Shown here piece by piece: positions 56,844 through 63,784 of a stretch of 64,000 bases of DNA (the first letter of the stretch is position 1; each line of letters starts with the position of its first letter). This stretch comes from a virus. The DNA is taken from IMG/VR virus record IMGVR_UViG_3300045988_174992. One strand, 5' to 3'. The notes under the pieces were generated by a model. The model saw only the letters and a program-made list of their open reading frames with translations. It had not been told where the DNA came from and made no database searches. The position numbers and the translations under genes are program-made.

Positions 56844-56942
56844 TTAAGTTTTGTTTTTATAATTCATCTCATTTGATGGATAGCATATTGATAATGCAAT
56901 TACCCTCAAATAGATTTCTCTTATTTTCTTTAATATCTTCAT
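56844..56942 (-). CDS. micro-ORF s3 (32 aa)
   Basis: MKILKKIREIYLRVIALSICYPSNEMNYKNKT. ATATAGAT promoter-like core at 56977-56984. Confidence 0.3.
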   Translation of the reverse strand: MKILKKIREIYLRVIALSICYPSNEMNYKNKT

Positions 56943-57079
56943 GACTAATATATTATATATTTATCATTCAAATTAAATATAGATTTGGGTTTAAAAAACA
57001 GTTATAAAAATAAAGGAAATTTTTGAAAAAGTCATAATTAATTGATGTAGGTCAATTGCAATGATAAATTTATTTTTAA

Positions 57080-57124
57080 TTTGATTGAAATCAAAAGTCT
57101 AAATTGTCTAGCAATTTTTAAATA
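57080..57124 (+). promoter_or_regulatory. twin-hairpin leader plus GCAATTTTTAAATA box, copy B
   Basis: Hairpins TTTGATT-GA-AATCAAA and AAATTG-tctag-CAATTT. See 24446-24493. Confidence 0.55.
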
Positions 57125-57140
57125 GAATATAAAATACCCT

Positions 57141-57992
57141 ATGAGAAATTTTGTATCATTACGTTATGTTCATGACAATGCTCCATCTATATGGAAATAT
57201 ATGACAGAGCATAATTGCATACTGAAAAAATTTGGATCCACTATATATGAAGGAATATTAGATGAAGGAAAGTACTTGAAATATTTGTCAGATGATGATA
57301 GTCCTTCTATTACAGTGGAATGTTATGTGAATCCAGATTCTACAATACTGCTTACTGTAGATAATAATGATTATATAGATAGAGTGAAAAGTCTTTCTAG
57401 TAAAGTAGAAGATATAATTGCAAATCCTAAATTATATTGTGAAGCTATAAATATGATAACAATGATTCCTATGGTTGAAGGAAATACTTGGAAAGATAAG
57501 ATAAAGTATGTATTAGAAGAAGGAGAGGAAGAAGGTCAAGGTATGGATGATGCAGCTTCAGAAGAAACATCAGATACAGGAGATGATGGAAATACTGAAA
57601 ACAATAGTCCTGCATTAGGTCAAGATGGAGCTAAAGATGATGCTAAAGCTAAGCAACGTTCTGAAATTAAATTTAAGATATTTACTGCGCCAGATAAGCA
57701 AGTAACGGATTTGAAGGAAGGTGAGAAATATCTAAAGATAGAATATGTATATAGAGACAAGAAAGCTGGAATAGAAATAGATTTCTTAATAGGTAAAAAG
57801 AAAGAAAATGGAAATTGGCAACTTTATATTGGCAAACCAGGTTCAGCTAGTTATGATGATGACCCATATAAATCATTAGAGACAAAAGAATTGTCAAAAG
57901 CAATAAATAAAGCTGTTGATGAAGCCATGGACTTGATAGAAGAAGTTAAGAAAGATAAAGATAAATGGGTACAATTCTATACATATAAATAA
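57141..57992 (+). CDS. hypothetical protein with acidic linker
   Basis: 283-aa ORF. Confidence 0.6.
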   Translation: MRNFVSLRYVHDNAPSIWKYMTEHNCILKKFGSTIYEGILDEGKYLKYLSDDDSPSITVECYVNPDSTILLTVDNNDYIDRVKSLSSKVEDIIANPKLYCEAINMITMIPMVEGNTWKDKIKYVLEEGEEEGQGMDDAASEETSDTGDDGNTENNSPALGQDGAKDDAKAKQRSEIKFKIFTAPDKQVTDLKEGEKYLKIEYVYRDKKAGIEIDFLIGKKKENGNWQLYIGKPGSASYDDDPYKSLETKELSKAINKAVDEAMDLIEEVKKDKDKWVQFYTYK

Positions 57993-58002
57993 ATATAAAC
58001 AA

Positions 58003-58022
58003 AGAGCATTCTAGAATGCTCT
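58003..58022. terminator. bidirectional intrinsic terminator
   Basis: Stem agagcattc-ta-gaatgctct followed by a T-run. Separates the forward gene from the tRNA block. Confidence 0.7.
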
Positions 58023-58033
58023 TTTCTTTTTAG

Positions 58034-58106
58034 AGCCATTAACCGGGTATGATCCGATAACCTTCTGTTTACAAAACAGATGCTCTACCAATTGAGCTAT
58101 AATGGC
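58034..58106 (-). tRNA. tRNA-Thr(UGU)
   Basis: Acceptor GCCATTA/TAATGGC, D arm GCTC..GAGC, anticodon arm TCTGT[TTTGTAA]ACAGA. Confidence 0.85.
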
Positions 58107-58248
58107 ATATAAAATCAAATATGGCATCAGATGTGCAAACTATCATGACCATATTCTAGTAATACATTGAGCTATCAGGAGTACCCGTAGATTGCACTGA
58201 CACCTCTAACAACTGCCTAGTTAAATGCTAGGTCCTCTCTATTACTTG

Positions 58249-58322
58249 TGGAGATGATGGAGTATGATTCCATATAATCTGTCTTGCAAGGACAGTGCTC
58301 TATCCATTTAAGCTACATCCCC
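58249..58322 (-). tRNA. tRNA-Ala(UGC)
   Basis: Acceptor GGGGATG/CATCTCC with the G3:U70 identity pair. Anticodon arm CTGTC[CTTGCAA]GACAG. Confidence 0.85.
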
Positions 58323-58517
58323 ATTTCTAGTACTTATTCATTGTACTAAAATATATTCTGTAGCGAATTATATGCAGAATAATATTTTATATATGTACAA
58401 TGAAGTAAGGTTGGCAGGTACTAGAACCTTCAAGTGATTAGCTTGACCATATCCATTTTGAGTAGCGTTCAAAATCAAAGATTTATCACGCCGCCTCTAA
58501 ATAATCGTTGCCGTTTG

Positions 58518-58590
58518 CTGGCACCCTGGGACTCGAACCCAGGACCTTGAACTTAACGGGTTCCTGCTCTACCAACTGAGCTAAGCACCA
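58518..58590 (-). tRNA. tRNA-Asn(GUU), atypical (C33, three G:U pairs in acceptor)
   Basis: D arm GCTCAGTTGGTAGAGC, anticodon arm GGAAC[CCGTTAA]GTTCA, T arm CTGGG[TTCGAGT]CCCAG. Confidence 0.65.
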
Positions 58591-58621
58591 ATCAATTCTT
58601 CACAGTGAATTACTCTGTTAG

Positions 58622-58703
58622 TGATGGGTGTGGGAGTCGAACCCACTATTGTACGGCTTATGAGACCGACGTGATTTATAAATATCCGTTTCACTCACCC
58701 ACG
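58622..58703 (-). tRNA. aberrant CAU-anticodon tRNA (Met/Ile2-like) with 16-nt D loop
   Basis: Acceptor CGTGGGT/ACCCATC (C1xC72 mismatch), D stem GTGA/TCAC, loop CTCATAA on a 4-bp stem, T arm GTGGG[TTCGACT]CCCAC. Confidence 0.5.
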
Positions 58704-58719
58704 ATATATAGTTAACTAT

Positions 58720-59745
58720 TTAAATAATAGTATTTTCTTTTAAATATTTCAAGAATTCATTAAATTTTTCTTTAACAAAATTTTTATTTGCCTTCCCCAT
58801 ATCTTTTATAATATAAGGTGTCCAACCACATTCTTCAATTTCTTTTATCTTTATTTTATCCCTATTTTGTGTTTGTTTAACAGAATGTGATTTTGTAATT
58901 TGTTTATAATGCCATGGGCCATTCCATAATACCGCAAATTTTATATCTTCTATTATTATATCTGCATCCCATCCATTAAATATACATTCATTATGTTTAA
59001 TATTATTAAAATATTCTTCACATAATTTACAGAATTCAATTTCATTTTTACTACGTCTTAAATCACCTTGATGTTGTATTCCTTTGCAACCACCATTATG
59101 TAAACCTAACCAACTTTCTTTAGAAAATAATTTACCATTGATATAATGATATCCCTTTAATTTTAATTTTTCAATTTCTTTATTTCGTTTATCTTCTAAT
59201 TCTTTTAATTGGGATAAATTCAATAATTCCCTTTTAATTATTTCTATTTTCTTTGTTAGTTTTTTATATTCATAATATTCATCATCTATTTTATTAGAAT
59301 TATGTACCTTATTTATGTGTTTTGGTTTACATTCATCACACATACAAGTTTTTATTGATGCTCTTGATGATATTGTTATTTCTTTACCACATTCAATGCA
59401 TTTCGCTTGTTTAGTATTTCCTGTAGATAATTTTCCTACATAAGAATGTGAACATTCAAGACTACAAAAATATTTTTTATTTATGTCAAATTTATTTTGT
59501 CTTTCCTTAATTTTAAATTCTTTTCCACAATTAAAACATTTTACATTATATTCTAATAGTGGATTTTTTCTTTGATATGCAATTTGTAATGCTATGCCAG
59601 AATTTTTTGAACATTTAGCAACACGTTCATCAGTTTCATTTGTAAGGCCTGAATTCCACATTAATTTATGGTTTGGATTCATTTTACAATATTTTTCATG
59701 TTGCTTTACATTTTTATATTCTTTATTGCAATATCTACATTCCAT
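58720..59745 (-). CDS. Zn-ribbon-rich protein with C-terminal PD-(D/E)xK (Vsr/DUF559-like) endonuclease module; free-standing homing-endonuclease candidate
   Basis: CRYCNKEY..C, CFNCGKEF..CSLEC and CIECGKEI..CMCDEC ribbons, then RSKNEIEF..WDADIIIEDIKFAVLWNGPWHY..RDKIKIKEIEECGWTPYIIKD. Confidence 0.55.
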   Translation of the reverse strand: MECRYCNKEYKNVKQHEKYCKMNPNHKLMWNSGLTNETDERVAKCSKNSGIALQIAYQRKNPLLEYNVKCFNCGKEFKIKERQNKFDINKKYFCSLECSHSYVGKLSTGNTKQAKCIECGKEITISSRASIKTCMCDECKPKHINKVHNSNKIDDEYYEYKKLTKKIEIIKRELLNLSQLKELEDKRNKEIEKLKLKGYHYINGKLFSKESWLGLHNGGCKGIQHQGDLRRSKNEIEFCKLCEEYFNNIKHNECIFNGWDADIIIEDIKFAVLWNGPWHYKQITKSHSVKQTQNRDKIKIKEIEECGWTPYIIKDMGKANKNFVKEKFNEFLKYLKENTII

Positions 59746-59755
59746 AATTTTAATG

Positions 59756-59784
59756 ATTGTCAGACTACTTGGCAGTCTGACAAT
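59756..59784 (-). other. 11-bp stem-loop 11 nt upstream of the endonuclease start
   Basis: attgtcagact/agtctgacaat with a 7-nt loop. Confidence 0.6.
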
Positions 59785-59960
59785 TTGTATGTTATTTCAA
59801 AGAATTTTCGGGGCCGAGGCATGTCCTTAAGTACCATCGTATGGGACATTTTATCAGTTTCTCCTAATCTTCAACGTGCTATATTATGAGGTAGCGCTAC
59901 TTCTCTTTTCAACGTTCCATGAACTAGTATACTCCCTGGTACGGACTCGATGTTTAATTG

Positions 59961-60034
59961 TACTCCAGGAGGGACTTGAACCCCCGACCACTTGGGTATA
60001 AGCCGAGCACTCTAACCAACTGAGTTACTGGAGT
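59961..60034 (-). tRNA. tRNA-Ile(UAU)
   Basis: Acceptor ACTCCAG/CTGGAGT, D arm ACTC..GAGT, anticodon loop CTTATAC, T loop TTCAAGT. Confidence 0.75.
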
Positions 60035-60045
60035 ATTTATTTATA

Positions 60046-60080
60046 TTAAATATAGAACAACTATATCCAAAATTTCAAAG
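60046..60080 (-). promoter_or_regulatory. -33/-7 promoter-like motif inside the tRNA array
   Basis: ttaaatatagaacaactatatccaaaatttcaaag, immediately upstream of tRNA-Ile(UAU). Confidence 0.5.
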
Positions 60081-60087
60081 AATTTTG

Positions 60088-60161
60088 TAGGTGGTATAGG
60101 ACTTGAATCTATGACCTCTTGCTTATCAGGCAAGCTATCTAACCAACTGATATAACCACCT
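60088..60161 (-). tRNA. tRNA-Ile(GAU)
   Basis: Acceptor AGGTGGT/ACCACCT, anticodon arm CTTGC[CTGATAA]GCAAG. Confidence 0.8.
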
Positions 60162-60167
60162 AAATTG

Positions 60168-60239
60168 TTGGACCACGGAGGTTCGAACTCCGAATGACAG
60201 AACCAAAATCTGTAGTGTTTCCAATTACACCATAGTCCA
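60168..60239 (-). tRNA. tRNA-Gln(UUG)
   Basis: Acceptor TGGACTA/TGGTCCA, anticodon arm ACAGA[TTTTGGT]TCTGT, T arm CGGAG[TTCGAAC]CTCCG. Confidence 0.85.
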
Positions 60240-60248
60240 ATTTATTTG

Positions 60249-60325
60249 CGGAGCATAAGGGACTCGAACCCTTAGTTTTACTAGAGTGACAGTCTAGTTC
60301 CCTTACCAACAGGGCTTAATACTCC
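60249..60325 (-). tRNA. tRNA-Asp(GUC)
   Basis: Acceptor GGAGTAT/ATGCTCC, anticodon arm CTAGA[CTGTCAC]TCTAG, T arm AAGGG[TTCGAGT]CCCTT. Confidence 0.8.
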
Positions 60326-60474
60326 CAATACTGATTAAAGTCTCAGTTAGCTGCACATCAATCTCCTATGTGGCTTTTGCAATAACTTTAGTTGCAAGCA
60401 ACATAAAGCGTTGATTATATCTAAATTGCTCACACATCACTTTGTCATGATTTTCATTTGTTCTTTTGACCCAG

Positions 60475-60557
60475 TGGGCAGAGAGAGATTCGAACTCCCG
60501 AAGGCCGAAGCCATTTGATTTACAGTCAAACCATTTTAACCACTTATCTATCTACCC
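60475..60557 (-). tRNA. tRNA-Tyr(GUA)
   Basis: Acceptor GGGTAGA/TCTGCCC, anticodon arm TTTGA[CTGTAAA]TCAAA, long variable arm TGGCTTCGGCCT. Confidence 0.85.
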
Positions 60558-60568
60558 AATTTTATTAG

Positions 60569-60640
60569 TAGCCGCAGCGAGAATCGAACTCGCCTTGACA
60601 GATCGAAAATCTGTAGTACTAACCACTATACGATACGGCC
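60569..60640 (-). tRNA. tRNA-Glu(UUC)
   Basis: Acceptor GGCCGTA/TGCGGCT, anticodon arm ACAGA[TTTTCGA]TCTGT, T arm GCGAG[TTCGATT]CTCGC. Confidence 0.85.
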
Positions 60641-60762
60641 ATTTAGTACACCCTTATTCCATTCTGCAGCAATGGGAATGTACAAGGTCAGTAGGTTGAC
60701 CAGCCTCCATATTGGTTTATTTAAGAGAACCAACGTTAAACTGTTTTGATTAAACTCTTTCG

Positions 60763-60833
60763 TGCCAGAAGTGAGAATCGAACTCGCCTTGACAGATCGA
60801 AATCTGTAGTACTAACCACTATACGATACTGGC
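60763..60833 (-). pseudogene. degenerate duplicate of tRNA-Glu (6-nt anticodon loop)
   Basis: Body identical to tRNA-Glu (TCGTATAGTGGTTAGTACTACAGA...) but the loop is TTTCGA. Has a C:A mismatch in the T stem and a U:U mismatch in the acceptor. Confidence 0.6.
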
Positions 60834-60843
60834 ATTCAAATTA

Positions 60844-61035
60844 TTATTTTTGACATAATTGCTTGATCTTATTCTTAATTCTTTCTAGTGTTACACTAGA
60901 TTCCTCATTAAATTGATCAGTATCAATAACTGCATCTATTACCATAAGCAATTGCATGAATCTCATATCTGGAAACATCCAGGCAAATTGCTTTGTAATA
61001 TCCAATATCTTAATGTTTGCTTCTAATCTTGTCAT
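60844..61035 (-). CDS. hypothetical small protein
   Basis: 63-aa ORF with promoter-like motif at 61067-61103. Confidence 0.45.
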   Translation of the reverse strand: MTRLEANIKILDITKQFAWMFPDMRFMQLLMVIDAVIDTDQFNEESSVTLERIKNKIKQLCQK

Positions 61036-61066
61036 AATAATTATGTTTTAATGTTTTATAACTTAC

Positions 61067-61103
61067 ATATATAATATAGATTTGATTTATCAGTATTTCA
61101 AAG
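61067..61103 (-). promoter_or_regulatory. -33/-7 promoter-like motif (variant ATATAGAT)
   Basis: tatataatatagatttgatttatcagtatttcaaag. Confidence 0.4.
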
Positions 61104-61158
61104 ATCTTTCAAAAAATTTTCATTTTTTTTTTTGTTTATCAACTTTTTTAAATCAACA

Positions 61159-61186
61159 AAGAGCAACACATTTCTGCATTGCTCTT
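61159..61186 (-). terminator. stem-loop after 61364-61987
   Basis: 8-bp stem aagagcaa/ttgctctt with a 12-nt loop. TTGTTGATTT follows on the reverse strand. Confidence 0.4.
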
Positions 61187-61363
61187 GTCTTGATTGTATT
61201 GTTGAATGTTTAAACAGTGGAGGCATTGTTTAAATTATACACATACAAGACTTGATATGTATAATTATATGTTCTCATTTGTTTAATATTTCTATGTTCA
61301 TTAATTAATTATAATCTATAAATAGATAAATGGTCTATAAATTTTGGTTAAATATTGTTAAAA

Positions 61364-61987
61364 TTACTTTTTTACATTCTTTAATGAATCATCAGAGAAT
61401 ACATATAAGAATTTTGAACCTTTACTTAAATACAAATTAGTACGGAATTGTATACCAGTAATAAGCTTATCATCAACAATACACATAACTGGATATACAT
61501 TAACAACTGCTGTACCTTCTCCTGTCTTTACATACATATCCTTTTCAAGAGTAATAATTTCTTGATTGAATATGGCATCCATCTTTTTAAGTTCTCTATC
61601 CATTTCATCAGTCAAACCCAACCTTTTAAGTTCTTTATTTGCATATAATACATTCTTAATGGTAAGTTTCTTATTTTCAATAGATGCATCTTGATCTTTA
61701 AGATATTTATTAATATTGATTAGGTCAACAAATCCACGTTGGCCAACACTATAAAGATCTGCTTTATTCTGGATGTCATCGTAAGCTTGTCTTGCATTAT
61801 CATCATTTACTGCATAATAAGGACCATCACCAATAACCTTCTTACAAGCAGCCTCAAGTTCTTTATGCCGTTTCTTAGAAAAACCTACTTTTGTAAACAA
61901 ATCCTTCAAAGTATCAAATTCTTCTGCATTCTTGATAATATAAGATGAATCAAGTGATTCATAAATAGATTGTACTAATGATTTCAT
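61364..61987 (-). CDS. hypothetical protein with CTS-like N-terminus
   Basis: MKSLVQSIYESL..., with 8 of the first 12 residues identical to 45563-45934. Confidence 0.6.
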   Translation of the reverse strand: MKSLVQSIYESLDSSYIIKNAEEFDTLKDLFTKVGFSKKRHKELEAACKKVIGDGPYYAVNDDNARQAYDDIQNKADLYSVGQRGFVDLININKYLKDQDASIENKKLTIKNVLYANKELKRLGLTDEMDRELKKMDAIFNQEIITLEKDMYVKTGEGTAVVNVYPVMCIVDDKLITGIQFRTNLYLSKGSKFLYVFSDDSLKNVKK

Positions 61988-62273
61988 TTTATTTCTTTTT
62001 ATTTTTTTTTTTTTATTTCTTTTTAATGATGATTAAAAATAATATATAGATATCACATATTTTGAGATAGGTGTGTCCATCAATTCCACTATGGAAGTAA
62101 TAAAATAAATTGATAGCAAGTACGTACTTCTTGCATCAGACCTTCGTGTAGAGTTTACATGGTGTTTTTAGTTATTTATCCTTAGTATGCACCGTATTTA
62201 CCCACAGCTTTAAGCATACTTACCTTCATAACTCGTCTTTCTTCCTTCTCTATTCAAGATTGCTATCAATTTG

Positions 62274-62359
62274 TACTCCGAACGGGGATCGAACCCGTAC
62301 AACCATTCCTGGTCAAGGGATTTTAAGTCCCTCGTGTATACCAATTTCACCATCGGAGC
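62274..62359 (-). tRNA. tRNA-Leu(UAA)
   Basis: Acceptor GCTCCGA/TCGGAGT, anticodon arm AGGGA[CTTAAAA]TCCCT, long variable arm. Confidence 0.85.
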
Positions 62360-62629
62360 ATTTAGGAATTACAAAAGGTGACGCTACCGGTGTCTGCACC
62401 TAAAACTTCATTCCTGTCCATACATATAGTTATCCAGATAGTATATTATGGTGGTTTCATCTAACTTACTGACTTCTTTAGAATTCGTTAGAAGTTCTGA
62501 AGCGATCTGTTTAAGCAGATCCATAACTCGTTTACTAATCATACTTTATTCTCTTTAGGATAACATAGAGAGCCATTAGACTTCCATACTAATGTTAGAC
62601 TTTCATAAATTACATTATTTCAACGATTG

Positions 62630-62712
62630 TGGGAATAGTGGGACTCGAACCCACACGCTATTGAAGCACCAGATCCTAAGTCTGGCCTGGCTACCAATTA
62701 CAGCATATTCCC
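62630..62712 (-). tRNA. tRNA-Leu(UAG)
   Basis: Acceptor GGGAATA/TATTCCC, anticodon arm CCAGA[CTTAGGA]TCTGG, long variable arm, T arm GTGGG[TTCGAGT]CCCAC. Confidence 0.85.
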
Positions 62713-62719
62713 AAATTAG

Positions 62720-62793
62720 TGGCGTAAGATGGGCTCAAGCCAACGACCTCATCAGCATGAATGATGCGCTCTAATCAACTGAGCTATTACGCC
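62720..62793 (-). tRNA. tRNA-Met(CAU) (or Ile2/initiator; not distinguishable by eye)
   Basis: Acceptor GGCGTAA/TTACGCC, D arm GCTC..GAGC, anticodon arm CATCA[TTCATGC]TGATG. T arm is atypical. Confidence 0.7.
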
Positions 62794-63175
62794 ATTGTGG
62801 GCATACCCTATTTTATAGAATTACTTCCCACATAATTCAACCATCTTAAGCAGGTGTACGAATCTCATGACAATTCGCTTGGGCGATATATTCTCTTATA
62901 ATCAGAATGTTTTACGATGCTTTAAACTACTGAGCCATACAGGCCCTGACTGCATAGTGAACTTAAATGAATCAATTAGTTTAACAAGCGTTACCAAACC
63001 TTATACTTGTTATTTCATTGACATTTAAAATACAAATGTAGGGAGGCGGCCATAGGTTTGGCTTCCTTCATCCGCGCTTTGTATATGTTTCATGCAATTA
63101 CTGTGCACATAATTGCACTACTCTTCTCAGCTACATTGTTTTTATTCAATCACCAGTATATTCTGATCACGTTTG

Positions 63176-63247
63176 GGGTTCCTTAGAGAATCGAACTCTA
63201 ATAAGGAGAACCACAATCTCCTGTCCTACCATTGAACGAAAGAACCC
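63176..63247 (-). tRNA. tRNA-His(GUG) with encoded G-1
   Basis: G-1 plus GGTTCTT/AGGAACC, discriminator C, anticodon arm GGAGA[TTGTGGT]TCTCC. Confidence 0.85.
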
Positions 63248-63264
63248 ATATATATTAGCAATGT

Positions 63265-63669
63265 TTATGCTACATTATTAATATAGAAATTATCTTCTAA
63301 AGTTTCATCGTAAATATCATCATATTCTTGAATTCCTTCATTGATAAGTTTCTTGTTGTTGACACGTTGCAACTTGATTTTTCGCTTAGCATCAATTTTG
63401 TCTGATACATAAGTACGATATCCAGAGCCATTCTTCAAAAACCTAGCCCACGGATCACATTTCTTCATTTCTCTCCATGAAGTTGGTCTTCTCAAATTAG
63501 GAATCATTATTGTACGTCTGATTTTCTTACCATTGGCATCATTCATGTTGAATGAATATTCTTTCTTACCATCAGTAAAAATACTATCAAACATGAACTT
63601 CTTACAACGAGAATTCCACTTTGATTCAGTCTTCTTTCTTCTCCAAGCTCTATTTCTAATGTTACTCAT
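63265..63669 (-). CDS. hypothetical basic protein embedded in the tRNA array
   Basis: 134 aa, Lys/Arg-rich (MSNIRNRAWRRKKTESKW...). Confidence 0.55.
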   Translation of the reverse strand: MSNIRNRAWRRKKTESKWNSRCKKFMFDSIFTDGKKEYSFNMNDANGKKIRRTIMIPNLRRPTSWREMKKCDPWARFLKNGSGYRTYVSDKIDAKRKIKLQRVNNKKLINEGIQEYDDIYDETLEDNFYINNVA

Positions 63670-63700
63670 ATATTAACAACATTTTAAAATTAAAAACTTG

Positions 63701-63772
63701 CACACCGGACTGGAATCGAACCAATACCTGCAGTTTTGGAGACTGCTAGCCTAACCATTAACCGACCGGTGC
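63701..63772 (-). tRNA. tRNA-Trp(CCA)
   Basis: Acceptor GCACCGG/CCGGTGT, anticodon arm GCAGT[CTCCAAA]ACTGC. Confidence 0.85.
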
Positions 63773-63784
63773 GTATGAAATTTG

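Noticed and set aside
60466-60699. ORFs lying over tRNA genes and spacers (60466-60699, 62592-62774, 59594-59830, 59668-59889)
   Set aside because: They run antisense across clear tRNA cloverleafs or structured spacers, have no start context and have tRNA-derived GC-rich composition.
62360-62629. HDV-like (theta-type) or other self-cleaving ribozymes immediately 3' of the tRNAs
   Set aside because: I could not assemble the required nested P1/P2/P3/P1.1 pseudoknot or a hammerhead core by eye in any trailer. This is left as something to test computationally rather than a claim.
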